A stretch of DNA of 63,933 bases, filler included, from Lenisia limosa (taxonomy: Eukaryota > Protista > Breviatea): NCBI GenBank assembly GCA_001655205.1. It is 13 parts of 13 records of this genome, joined end to end, with 100 filler letters (N's around TTAATTAATTAA, not from the genome) between each part and the next. Parts side by side here need not be neighbours in the genome. Positions count along the whole stretch, not along the records: positions 39,979 to 49,318 come from LPNZ01008011.1; positions 49,419 to 50,652 come from LPNZ01000945.1; positions 50,753 to 61,460 come from LPNZ01003362.1; 10 more parts are not named here. The stretch is one strand, 5' to 3'. Position numbers and translations under genes: made by a program. Shown in pieces: positions 47,897 through 60,800 of this stretch (positions are counted from its first letter, which is position 1; each line of letters begins with the position of its first letter). The notes below the pieces were generated by a model, which did not search any database, was not told where the DNA came from, and saw only the letters and a program-made list of their open reading frames with translations.

Positions 47897-49274
47897 ATGG
47901 ATGTCAGCAACGTTGACAGGTTTGTGATTATTGGCTCTTTGCTACAGTCAATAGTCTCATTAGTATATTTTTTAAATGTTTGGCGATAAGAAAAAAGGTT
48001 TTCGTGCAGTGAAACCGCCCTTTTCCCGAGTCTACATCTCTGTTTTCCTTCATTAATAGTTTAGAGTACCCTATATCTATTGTATATCCTTTGTTTGGGT
48101 AGTTCTATCATTTTGGAAATTTGTTGTGTTTTCAGAATCTTGTTTTTGAAACTGGAGGGCTCTTCTTTCACCCTGTATTGTTCTTATGCCCTTCAACTTA
48201 TGGACATGGTCATTTAGTAGCGTTTCCTCATGTTTTAGATGGATCGAGCAGTTGAGGCAATGTGGTACGATCAGTGAACTTGAGGTGAAGCAGCTTTGTT
48301 CAAGAGCGCGTGAAATCCTTATTGAAGAAAGCAACGTCCAAAGAGTTGATGCACCTGTTACGGTTTGTCTTCATTTGCCTTGATTCATCCACTCTCTTAG
48401 ATCTGTGGTGATATTCATGGTCAGTTTTATGACTTGAAAGAGCTTTTCAAAGTGGTATGAATGGGCTCACACTTGCTTTCATATCGCTGGGGTTGAATAA
48501 CTTCTTAGGGAGGAGATTGTCCCGACACGAACTATTTATTTATGGGAGACTTTGTGGACAGAGGCTTCTATTCGGTTGAAACGTTTATTCTTCTCCTTGC
48601 ACTGAAGGTACGATAGAGAAACCCTGCCGTTTTCACGGAATATTCCCAAATGAAGCCTTGTTTTGGGAGAGGTTTTAGATAAGATGAAGAGACCTCTCAC
48701 CCATTTATTTCCATTTCCAAGCTCATGCAATAGGTGCGCTACCCTGACAGAATCACTCTCATTCGTGGCAACCATGAGAGCAGACAGATCACCCAGGTTG
48801 GCAAAATGTACTTTTTTTATTTTTTTTATTTCAACTTCTGTCTATATTTTTAATTGGGAAACCGGATCAATCTCTTACCTCTCTTGTGAGCAATACGTAA
48901 TACTTATCAGCTCCTCACCATTCCAGGTTTACGGATTCTATGACGAATGTCTCCGTAAATACGGCTCAGTTAATGTCTGGAGATATTGCACTGGTTTGTG
49001 GTTGTCTTTTTAATAAATGAGATCAGCCCCCCCCCCCTTTTTTTTTTNNNNNNNNNNNNNNNNNNNNNNNNNNNNNNNNNNNNNNNNNNNNNNNNNNNNN
49101 NNNNNNNNNNNNNNNNNNNNNNNNNNNNNNNNNNNNNCATAAAAATCACATAACTTATTCTTGATATTCACCTACCAGAAATCTTCGACTACTTGAGCTT
49201 GTCAGCATTGATTGACAACAGCATCTGGTGTGTGCATGGAGGACTCTCACCCTCTATCAACACCCTCGATCAGG
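47897..49274 (+). CDS. PPP4C: Serine/threonine protein phosphatase 4 catalytic subunit (PP2A family), 3'-truncated
   Basis: Exons 47897-47919, 48239-48362, 48401-48454, 48509-48607, 48734-48796, 48927-48993, 49180-49274 give [25 protein letters not shown]...[14 protein letters not shown]...[26 protein letters not shown]. Confidence 0.92.
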
Positions 49275-49429
49275 TCTGGTGCAGTTCTATCCGTATTCTC
49301 TCTCTCACCCTCCCTCCCNNNNNNNNNNNNNNNNNNNNNNNNNNNNNNNNNNNNNNNNNNNNTTAATTAATTAANNNNNNNNNNNNNNNNNNNNNNNNNN
49401 NNNNNNNNNNNNNNNNNNCCCCCCCCCAG

Positions 49430-50490
49430 GCGAAAAAGGATTTCGCATTTGTGCACTACGTGTCACGCTCGTCAGCCCTCGCCGCCGTGGAGGGAGAATC
49501 GGGCAAGGAGCATGATGGTGGTGGGTGGGGTGAATCATGATTGAGGCTCCTTATAGATTTGATCTTTAATAATAGTATTATATGCATATATATCTATGTT
49601 ATGGATGCAGTATATGATTAGTACTCCCTACGGTTCGAAAAAGATCGATAAAATATCGATATTGTCGAGAAATTCTGCCTTTTTTGGGACCGCAGGGAAG
49701 CCCTATGTGATATATTATACAATATCAGTAGTTCTATGTAATCAAATCTGCAATAACTTAAATATGTCTGGTTCTAACATCGCAGGGAAGACTCTCTCAG
49801 TAGTTCTTGCCAGACCTTCAAACCCTGGTTTGCTGGAATATGACTTATTTTTCGGAGTTGCGTTTTTAGCTATTTTTCTTACCCTATTAAGGTCAGTATA
49901 CAACCTTGTTTTTTATTGCTCGTTGCTATGTATATTAGAGCCTCACTTTAGGGTCCAAAGCACTGATAAAATATCGATAGTTTTTTTATCAGGAATTCTC
50001 TCTTTTTTTGGAACCGAAAGTGAAGTTCTAGCATTTATAATCCTTCAGGAAGGACATTTGTCCAGTATTGCCTGCAAACCTTTTTTAAAATTTGTTCATA
50101 AAATACTACATTTACGATCCATATCTCCTTGCCATGTCCATTTTACTGTTGCCCCTTTTCAATATACTAACATATGAATGACTTATTATTAGGGCTTCAC
50201 TTCGGTTCGAAAAATCGGTAAAATATCGATAGTTTTCGAGGATTTATTGCTCGATAAATATCGATATTTTAATGCTTCGCAATCAAAATGAAGCTCTAAT
50301 ATACACGTCACATACATAATTTACCATTCAGGTGGTGGACGCGGAGGACCCATGAGAGGAGGCTTCAGAGGCGGTCGCGGCGGCATGGACCGTGGTTATG
50401 GTGGGGGGGTAAAGTTATATTATATAGTAGGGGAGAGGGGTATAAGGATATGGTGCGGATCTATGGTGGATTTGCTCCATCTAGGGTTAC
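49430..50490 (+). CDS. RRM + RGG-box RNA-binding protein (hnRNP Q/R-like), partial
   Basis: AKKDFAFVHY (RNP1), GKTLSVVLARP, GGGRGGPMRGGFRGGRGGMDRGY. Confidence 0.75.
50190..50298. mobile_element. MITE family A copy (neighbours 49936-50030, 50495-50557)
   Basis: TAGGGCTTCACTTCGGTTCG...TATCGATA x2...TGAAGCTCTA. Confidence 0.8.
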
Positions 50491-50914
50491 AGGTAATATA
50501 TCGATAGTTTTCGAGGAGTTGTCGATATTTAGTCTCCTTTCGAACCGAAATGAAGCCGACTCCCCACTCTATTTTATATTATACTATAATTCAGTGATGA
50601 TGGAGACGTCTTCGGCTAGATACAACCTCATATTTTAATTCCCATGGCTACANNNNNNNNNNNNNNNNNNNNNNNNNNNNNNNNNNNNNNNNNNNNTTAA
50701 TTAATTAANNNNNNNNNNNNNNNNNNNNNNNNNNNNNNNNNNNNNNNNNNNNCCTAAGGGGGTCATTTAGAGAATCCATACAACTGGGACTTTTTGAATG
50801 CTAAATATGCAACATTGCTCTGTCATGCCCTGGGCTTCACTTTAGTCCAGAAAACAGAATTTAAAGTCAATTATTCAGAGCTTTAATACTTAGGTTAAAA
50901 TTACAGAATAGCCC

Positions 50915-53900
50915 TCACATACCAATCGGAGTGGAAGGAGTTTGGGGAGTGGAGGGAGAGGGGGTTCGCACAGGTGTTGATATGCTAGGCGGACTTAGGT
51001 GGGACGGCGGATTTCGAGTTAAATTGCTTGGAGGAGGAATTATTGACGGGAGGACTCTTGTGTCAGCTAGGCGATCTGAAGAGTGTTTTGAGCCTTCTTT
51101 TAGTCTTAATGATGGTTCTTCTTGGCTTTCTTTGGAAAGTTTTAATCTCTGCTCCCTTTCTTCTTCTTGCATTATCAGGGCTTCTTGTTTCTGAAATTCA
51201 TCCAGCTCCTTTCGCTCTTTCTCCTTCCTTGCTTTCTCTTCTTCTTCTTGTAACATTCTGTATTCTTCTTCCTTCCTCTTTTCTTCTTCCCTCTTTTTTT
51301 CTTTCATTCTATTTTCTTCCTCCTTCATCTTTTCTTCCTCCTTACTCTTTTCTTCCTTCATTCTCTCTCCTTCTTCCTTAATCTTGTCTTCTTCTTTCAT
51401 CTTTTCTTCTTCCTTCCTCTTATCTTGTTTCATCTGTTCAGCGTGTTCTTCATCCCTTTTCTTCTTTTCTTCTTCAACATTTTTTCTTTCTTCTTCTTCA
51501 ACTTCCTTCCTCTTTTCCTCTTGTCTTTTCTCTTCCTCTTCTTTCTTCTTCCTTTCCTCCTCCTCCTCTTGCTTTCTCTTTTGTTCCTCTTCCACTTTTT
51601 TTCTTTCATCTTCCTTTCTCTTTTCTTCCTTTTCTCTCCTCTCTTCTTCCTCTTTCTCTCTCTTTTCTTTTTCAATTCCATCTTCGTTTTTTCTTTTTTG
51701 ATCCTCATCCCTTTTCTTCCTTTCTTCCTCTTCTACATTTTGTCTTTCTTCTTCTTCTTTCTTCTTCTGTGTTTCCTTTCTTCTTCTCTCTTCCTCTTCC
51801 TTTCGCTTTTGCTCCTGATCTATTTTCTTTTTCTCATCTTCTCTCTCGTTCTCTTTTTTTGCTTCCTCTTTTATTCTATTCTCTTCTTCTCTTTTTTCTT
51901 CTTCTCTTTTTTCTTCTTCTCTTTTCCTTTCTTCCTCTTCTTTCCTCTTTGTTTCCAATTTCCTTCGTTCCTCTTCTTCAAACATTTCTTCTTCTTTTCT
52001 TCTTTCCTCTTCCTTCCTCTTTTCTTCCTTCTTTCTCTTTTGCTCTTCTTCTGCCTCTTCCTTCTTTGCTTCTTCTATCCTTTCCTCCTCTTCCTTTCTC
52101 TTTATTTCTTCATCCCTTTTCTTCATCTCTTTCTCTCTTTTTGCTTCCTCTTTAATTCTATTCTCTTCTTCTCTTCTCTCTTCTTCTTTTCTTTTCCTTT
52201 CTTCCTCTTCTTTCATCTGTGTTACCTCTTTCCTTCTTTCCTCTTCCTCTTCCTGGATCTTTTTCTCTTCACTTCTTCTTTTTTCTACTACCTTTTCTTC
52301 TTCTTCCTTTATTCTTTCTTCTTCTTTTCTTTCTTCTTCTTCCATTTTCTTTTCTTCTTCCTTTCTCTCTTGTGCTTCTCTTATTATGTCGTCTTCTTTA
52401 GCTTTCAAAATAATATCGTCCTTTTCTTCCTCTATGTTTTCCTGTTCACTCTCTTCACTTTCATCTTTATCGCTTTCATCTTTATCGCTTTCTCCACTTT
52501 CATCCTTACTACTCTCTTCCGAGTCTGAGGCGTAGACGTTTTGGTACACCATTGCAGCCACATCAGGACGCGACTGGGGGAGGGGGGGNNNNNNNNNNNN
52601 NNNNNNNNNNNNNNNNNNNNNNNNNNNNNNNNNNNNNNNNNNNNNNNNNNNNNNNNNNNNNNNNNNNNNNNNNNNNNNNNNNNNNNNNNNNNNNNNNNNN
52701 NNNTGAGGGTGGGGGAGTAAAATGGGATTTTTTTAAAAGCCCAAAACAAAAATGGTATATAATCTCTTGTTTTAGTTTAACTAACATATCTTTGGCAGGG
52801 AGTAAGCATGACAATACCTATTCACCCCCTTATTTTACCCTCCAAGGAAACACTGTATGTGATAGCAAATCGGTCAAGACCTATCCCGGTCACTGTATAT
52901 GGAGTGGGGGCAGGTGGGGGTATATGCTATACTTCGGTTCGAAAAAAGACTGAATTTCCGAAAAATTCTCGAAAACTATCGATAGTGTACCGGTCTTTTT
53001 CGAACCAAAGGAAGCCCTAGATGTTTTTTTGAGGGGGCAGCGTATGTGATGGGTGTCCAAGAGGGGATGCACACCGTTTTGAGCTGAACAGAAGACTCTA
53101 GGAAACCGTCGTGTTGCACAATAATATTAAGTAGCCGGTCAGCCGAGTGCTCATCAATTGCGTTAGCTCCGATAAGACTGGGGTGAGGGGTAAGATAAGA
53201 CTGGGGTGAGGGGTAAGATAAGACTGGGGTGAGGGGTAAGATTTGGGGTGGGTGGAAAATTTATGTACAAAAAAAAGTCCAAAATTGTTAACTGGCAGCA
53301 TACGAGGGATAATAACAACAACAACAACAAAAAAACCCCAAGTCGCTTCTGCAGCCTTCAGCGTACTTGGAAAATTTATGAAGCAAAAAGCCTAAAATCA
53401 ACTCTGGTACTAGAAACACACATGATGGTCGAGAACAACATACAAATGGCCAACTTATACCTCGGGCTTCACTTTGGTTCGAAAAATACCGGTAAAATAT
53501 CGATAAGTTCGAAGATATCTTGAGAAATTCTTTTTTTTTTTCGAACCGAAGTCAAGCCCTACTACCCTCCACCCCCTTCACTCAAAAAGCTCGTTTATGG
53601 CCTCATCGCGAAGCTCTGGAATGTGAGGAGAAGATATTGAAGGTTAGATGGTAGAAGACCTGGGACGTGAAAGGGCAGAAGAAATTAAAGGCAAAGAAGA
53701 GTTAACCACTACTACATCCATAGTTTTTACACAATGAGTGTGGTTTTTCGGATTCCAGAAATTAAAAGTTGAAGGGAGATATAATAATAATAATAGAACC
53801 AAAATTAAATTCTTTGTCGCAAATATAAATAGAAGTTCCCAAAAGAAAAGTTGCCAATTATACCTTGGTGAGACCTCTCCCTCGGTTTCAGCGCTAGCAG

Positions 53901-56900
53901 TTCAGCGGCTTTCTTGTCTTCCTCTTTTTCTGGGGGGTTAGAGCCTTCCTTTTCTGCACAAATTCCCAGAAGCAACCAAAGAAATAAATCATAAACATGA
54001 CAAATTAGTGAAGGGTGATCAGGTTTCATAGCACTTTTTGGATCATTTTCACACGTGTGAACTATCATTTTCCACGCAGTGATATGTTCCCATGTAGATT
54101 TGGGAATCCCATAAATTTCATAAACATAAATGGAATTCCTAACGATGGGAATCTCAACTTAAAATCTCAAGTCGACGCGCCGCCAGAGTGACCCCCCCCC
54201 CCTTAACATTCTTCCAATTGGTTTGCCTTACCCCCATTCTATGGTTTGATTTCTTTATTTGAATTTGCCCCCAATCACGCTTTTTCAAATCTGCAAGAGC
54301 CTGTAGCGTGATCAGGATCAGTTCAGCTCCTTGACGAACCTATAATTGGTTAGTTCACAATAAAAAACTATAGAAAAACTCAGATTTCCCGTGAAACTCC
54401 GTTTAAGTGGTAATTTCGCCCAGATAAAACCTCAATACCCCCCTCACTCCTTTTTATACACCTTTCAATACACCCCTCCCACAGCAGCACAAGTGCCTTG
54501 TTCACTCAGGTGTTTGAGGATATCCTCCGCTCCCATTTGGTTCAATAATCCAGCTATGACTTCTGTAAGGGGTGAGAAAGCGGGACATTATTAGATACTG
54601 GAGGGGGATTAGAGAATTTTCTTTGCAGACTTCTGCAAGACAGTATATTAAAGGGGGAGAAATTGGGGAAATGTAACTATTCTTACCTTCCTTACACAAG
54701 GCCGTCAGAGCCGTCAAAGCCGGCAGCTGTGTTTCCCTGACATTTGCCCGGGTCACAGCAAGGAGCATTTGGAGGGCTTTGTCGGCAACAAACGGTATGT
54801 ATCGGGCTGAGAGGGGAGGGGTGAGAAAAGACGGGGGGACAGTTTATAGAAAAGGAGTGAGAGAAAAATGCACAAATTGGAAATTTATGAAAAAAGCCCA
54901 AAACAAAAGGGTTGATAACAACAAAACAAAGCCCAGGCTGCAGCACCTCATCCCATCACTCCAAGTCAACATTGAAACTAGGATCATAAAGACCCGGCGG
55001 TTGACTGTACGCAAACAAAACACATATGGTGATTCGTTTATTGTATCCCTATGTATTTTAATATTTTCCTAGAGTAATTTATTCTATTTTCTTATCTTTT
55101 AAAATACCCACAGTCCTGGCACAAAAGGGCGATGACATGCAGAGCGACGGGACTGGCATAGGGTATGGTGCTGGCACTCAGACTAATGAGACTGTCAAGG
55201 GCTTCTGGTCGGAGCCGTGTGATGATGATGCCACCTTGGCGATGAGGAAGAAACCATATTAATAACATTAATTACATTGATAAAATAATGACAATAACAG
55301 TATTAACGTTAATAACAGTATTATAATAATACCCCCCCCCCCAATAAATTGATGTTTTGGGGTGACAGAGAAACCACATTAATAACATTAATAACACATA
55401 AACATACCCAACCCCAATAATGTGATAGTAACAACACATTATTTGGGGTTAGAACTTCACTTTTGGTTCCACAAAAAGACAATTCCCGATAAAAATATTG
55501 CATTTGGTCTTTTATGTTGGTCAGATGTGAGAGCATTATATAAGGAAAAAGTGTATAGTCCATTGCTATTATTCCGACAGATAATAAAAACTATCAACAA
55601 AAATAATAAAAATAGAAACACATCTAAATAATTGAACCGCCCACAGGTGACCGCCCAATTCTCGAGTTGTTCCATGGACGTTTTTCGAATCGGCCCTAGA
55701 AAATCACCAAATTACCAGAAAAGGGATCAAAAATGAGAAGGCAAAAAGAGGCAAATAACAAAATAATCTTACCCCGGAAAATTTAAAATAATAACCCTAC
55801 CGGAGCTGGCACTATCGGCAAAATGAATGACATTGTTAACGATTAGAGCGGCGGAGGCAACGTCAAAGCAGACCTCACAGATGCGGACAGGATCCTTTGG
55901 GGGANNNNNNNNNNNNNNNNNNNNNNNNNNNNNNNNNNNNNNNNNNNNNNNNNNNNNNNNNNNNNNNNNNNNNNNNNNNNNNNNNNNNNNNNNNNNNNNN
56001 NNNNNNNNNNNNNNNNNNNNNNNNNNNNNNNNNNNNNNNNNNNNNNNNNNNNNNNNNNNNNNNNNNNNNNTTTTTGCAGTAAAGTCTCTATTGAAATTAG
56101 GATCACAGAGATCCAGCGGTTGAGACAAAGAACATCTTGACCAAGTTTCCTTGGGCATCATATTGTAAATCGGCCAATAATTATCTGGTCACTATATGAT
56201 AGGGCTCCGTGAAATTAATGTTTTGAAAAAATTGACAAAATTTGAAATTATAGTGTCTAAAATTTAGTTAACAATACAATACCCCAGACTTTAAATTTGG
56301 CAATTTTTCCAAATAATTGCACGGAGCCTGAAAAAATATTCCCAAAGATGCCCCCCTTCCTACATCATATCCAAAGAAGGGCAGAATCGCGGTTTGGCCG
56401 GAGCAGGATGCACAGTATAGCCCTCCACAAAGGCGGCAGTGATGCTATAGGGGTGAATATGGACATGAAACCAACAATGGCCAATATTAATTGGTTGCAT
56501 CAGACGATTTATATGAAATAAACGGCTTGACTTTTCAGGTATCATAACCTATACATGAATGTACATGGGCAGACCTATTCATTGATATGATATACGGTAC
56601 ATGTAATAGGGATTCACTTCGGTTCGAAAAATACCGGTGAAATATCGATAGTTTTCGAGGATTTATAGAGAAATTCAGTCTTTTTCGAACCGAAATGAAG
56701 TCCTATTTGTACATAAGCTTCACAGCAGCCCCGGGCACCTTGCGTTTGAAGAACGAAAACTTGACATGGCACTCCTGGCAAGTAGTTGATGATTCATTCG
56801 GCTTCCACGTGGCGCGATGTTGAGCCGCCTTTATCAATAAAACAGATGTTGGGCCGCCCTTATCCAATTATCAATAAACCAGATGGGAACATCAGAAAAT

Positions 56901-57449
56901 CGGCTCGGTAGAAGGACAAAACATCGAGGGTTTATGATGGTTTATCGAGGTTTTAACGGGAATTTATCGAGGCTTTATCGAGGATTTACGAGGTTTTATC
57001 GAGAATTTATCGAGGTTTTATCGACGGTTCAGTTAGGAACCAATGAAGACAATATTCAAAAATGCCGAACATGGTTCGTAAATAATGAACTACTTGCCTA
57101 TTTCCAGCATTCTAGAATGGGTACAAATACAGAAATGAACAGTTTCTGTATTTCTGTATTTGTACCCATTCTAGAATTTCTGTACCCATTCTAGAATTTC
57201 TGTATTTGTACCCATTCTAGAATGCTCGAAATAGGTGGTATATCAATCATGAAATAACCGTGTGAATGAAATGATATGATATGTATATACATATATGTAT
57301 GTGGTTACAGAGTTGCAATATTTCAACACAACTGCAAGACGGGCAGCTTGCATTTATGTCGTTCTCAAGGAAACTAGGAAACTGGCCCAAGATCAAGACA
57401 CAACCGCATTAGCTCAACAATTCACCAAAGTTCCCCTTCTTACCTTCAT
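50915..57449 (-). CDS. FYVE-domain protein with helical-repeat middle and ~1.65-kb E/K/R-rich exon (partial)
   Basis: FYVE split over exons WKPNESSTTCQECHVKFSFFKRK (~56812-56739), HHCRLCGGLYCASCS (~56437-56362), DPVRICEVCF (~55900-55860); helical exons ~55240-53570; charged exon 52575-50920. Joining all into one gene is inference. Confidence 0.65.
53171..53242 (-). repeat. 23-bp tandem repeat x3 containing an acceptor-like CCCCAG
   Basis: GATAAGACTGGGGTGAGGGGTAA x3. Confidence 0.9.
53462..53561. mobile_element. MITE family A copy (also 52929-53019, 56607-56705, 59348-59438, 62469-62552)
   Basis: GGGCTTCACTTTGGTTCGAAAA...TTCGAACCGAAGTCAAGCCCTA. Confidence 0.85.
56925..57025. repeat. Tandem array of the ~11-bp MITE-A core motif TTTATCGAGG
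   Basis: About 9 degenerate units. Confidence 0.75.
57097..57235. mobile_element. Foldback/MITE-like inverted repeat (39-bp arms)
   Basis: CCTATTTCCAGCATTCTAGAATGGGTACAAATACAGAAA and its reverse complement (1 mismatch), with an internal tandem duplication. Confidence 0.75.
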
Positions 57450-57835
57450 TTCTACTCGAAGTCAAACTTCTTAGTTTCTAGTTGAGGTGATTAGAAGAAA
57501 CAGCCGCGCGTCACATTGCAACCCAATAGAAGAAGTACTCAAAACGGTAAATGACTGTGCTCTCCTTTTTCTTTCAGTTTTCTGAAGTATCTCGCGTTAT
57601 GCGCAGATTACTAATAGTTTGGCGGTTAAGCGGACAATGGAGAGGCATTGGAGAGAAAAAAATGATCTGATATAGAAGATGTTTGTACCAGGGTATAAAA
57701 AAACAACAATGGTTCATTTTGAATTTGGAGATTTCTGCACCTTTAATGCAAGTGTAGATATATATTATAGCAGTATACTCTAGAGTGTGGGTGTTGAATA
57801 TACTTCACGTTTCGGATCTCCATTTTTCTTAGAAG

Positions 57836-60800
57836 ATGCTTGTCGTCGTCAAGCACGGCGTTACAGGCAAAGTCTGTAATGTTAATGTAGAATTAACTGA
57901 ATTTACGAGGTAATAGGGTTTCCTTTCGGAGTATCAATCACTCTAACAAAGGTACAGCAGCCCTTACCCTCTTTAGCGTCATAATTGACCGTGCAACCGA
58001 GTTAGGAATCACTGGCGATGTTGTTCTCATCTCCTCCAAGGGGAAACTTCTTCCCATGAGCAAAGCCATTGCTGACAGCGGTCTTTCAGGCGGTGAAGAG
58101 TGTGTAGTCAAACCCGGACGTGCGCCATTCAAAGTTCGTTTCGGTAAGCGACGGGGGTGGTGCGATCTCTGTTGTGTTGTGTGTGTTATATATTCTTCTG
58201 ATTCCTTCGTTAAGGAGGTATCTTTGGTATAATAGTTGTTCCAAACCCGAAAACCAGTATTAGTTAAAATAATAGATGGAATTCAATTGAAATAAGAATG
58301 TATATTTTATCTTCTTATGCGTGAACATCAATAGGTGTGTAGTTGATTGGTGAATCAGGTCTTTCACCCCCCAATTATTTGATATGCCCATATGAACCTA
58401 CAACCTTGGGGTTGCTCTTATCACTTTTTGCAAGTTTCTTAAATGTATTTCCACCTCAGTTTTCAAGCAGCCTTATCTGCAATTTGTTTAAATGATAGCA
58501 AGAAGATACATTGAATTGAATCCGGGAATACCGCAAGAGAGTTACTTGTTAATCATGTACCCCCCCCCTCCTCGGATGCGGTGCTGCAGAAGCAACTGGC
58601 CTGGGCTTTGTTTGNNNNNNNNNNNNNNNNNNNNNNNNNNNNNNNNNNNNNNNNNNNNNNNNNNNNNNNNNNNNNNNNNNNNNNNNNNNNNNNNNNNNNN
58701 NNNNNNNACTTTTTTTTTTGTTCATAAATTTACCACTTTTACTCCTTCCCCTTAGGCCCTGAATCGGTCAAGACCATTGCCGTCAATATGGCGTGGACTG
58801 TCCCGGAGTTGGTGGAGGAGGTCTGTAAGAAGTACAGTCTTGGCCTCCCTCAGTCGCTCTCGTTGATGCTTAATGGTAGGAAGGGGGGCATTGCTTATAT
58901 TGAATTAATTGCTTATATTGAATTGTGGTATTGAATTGTGCTGAGAGGAATTGCAGATGCTTAATAACAAGGGCTTCCCTACGGTCCGAAAAGACCGTCA
59001 AATTATCGATATTTATCGAGGATTTATCGAGATATTCATTCTTTTTTGGGACTTTAATAATGGTGCTTGATGGTGGGGATTGAATTGTTTATATTGAGTT
59101 ATGCTGAGCTGTATTGTTTCTGCTTAATACTGACGGTAGTGGTGGTGGTGTTGGTGAGTATTTTTTGCTATACAGTGACCGGGTTCTTGACGATTTACAA
59201 AATGATGTTCCAGGGAAAATCGGTCAAACTGTATATTTTGTCAGCTTCCATCAAACCATTTTTTGGATCATTGTCACACGTGAGAACTATGATGCCACAT
59301 TTTGGATAATAATCCGATCGACTCGGGATAGACATTTGTTATCTTCGTAGGCCTTCACCTCAGTTCGAAAAAAAGACTATGTTTCTCGATAAATCCTCGA
59401 AAACTATTGATATTTACCCGAACCGAAATGAAGCCTTAATCTTCCTTCACCATTTCGACTCGAAAGTCTGGCATATGATCATATTGGTCAAATTTTAATT
59501 CCTGCTCTTGCCATCCTTCTTCCTCTAAATTCCAGTATAGCTTCCACATCTCCATATTCTAACTTCGGGTTGTGGAAGTCGATTTTGAACTTTTTTGTTG
59601 TTGCTTCCAATTTCACTTCCCTCAGGCGAATGGCTCAGTACAACCTTGCCCTTCTGCGAGCTCAACCTCCAACCTACAGATATACCTCTTTTCAGGTCTG
59701 CAAATATTGTATTTTTTTTTTGTTGTTTGTTGTCAACCCTAGTGTAATACCCACGTATTCAACAAAGTTGATTTTGTCTTTTTGTTTCTTAAATTTTCCG
59801 TTTGCACTTTGCTGAGTACAATGATTAGTAACCTTTTGCCAAAAGTCATCAGAGTTGATTTTGGGCTGTTTTTTGTTTCATAATTTTTCCAATATTACCA
59901 ATGTTTTACCCCCCCCCCCTCCTCAGGACCAAATATTTCCTGCCCGAGGCCGTACCGGACTTCACGAACCCCATTTCCAACGCCATGTGCCACTCCGAAG
60001 TGGGGAGGGGATACGTACTGTTTATTATTATTATTGTTGTTTTTGTTGTTTCAGAATTTTTCTGATTTTACTCCCCTTAGTCCATGGATCTGATTCTCTC
60101 CGGCACACACCCTCTGATGAAGAACGAGGTCATCCAGTTTGCTGGCCTCCTAGCCCAGTCATTGTACGGCTCTCACACCGAAAGTCTCGGCAAGAAGTAC
60201 CTCATGTGGGCGGGGAAGTTCTTTAATGTTTTGGAATCGTATAATACACAAACCGTGATAAGCCTGACACGAACTTACGAAAATGCTCATATCCGTGTCA
60301 GGACTTATCCCTAAGTGTGCATACATACAGTGAGCGGGTTAAGTCTTGACCGATTTGCTCAAAGATTTCCCAAGGAAAATCGGTCAAGACTTATCCCGGT
60401 CAAAAATCTCTCACAGAAAGCCTCAGCAAGAAGACCCCCTCCCCCCCCTCCCATTTTTGATTAATTGAAACATTCTTGGTCCCATATTTGGCTTCTCTGA
60501 AAATAAAACGTCTGTAGTTGCAAAATTTAACCGTTTCTTGTTTAATTTTGTTCAAAAAAAAATACCACTTTTATCCCCATTTTTTCTATCTTTATCTCAC
60601 CCTCTCAGTCTTGATGATCTTTGCCTATCTGTGATGATGTGGACGGCCTCGGCCAGATACAACATATTTTTTATTTCTCTTCTTGATCTCACCCTCACAG
60701 TCTCGACGATCTTTGCCCTCCTGCGTTTATCAAAGTCAAGGGCATCGAGAAGGAAATTGAGGCCGAACATAAGGGTCTTGCAAGCCTCCCAGGATATCAG

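Noticed and set aside
51028-52528. Several long Phe/Ser/Leu-rich ORFs on +
   Set aside because: Antisense shadows of the purine-rich E/K/R exon
53171-53250. Telomere-like G-rich repeat
   Set aside because: Only three 23-bp units, internal to an intron, not a short telomeric unit array
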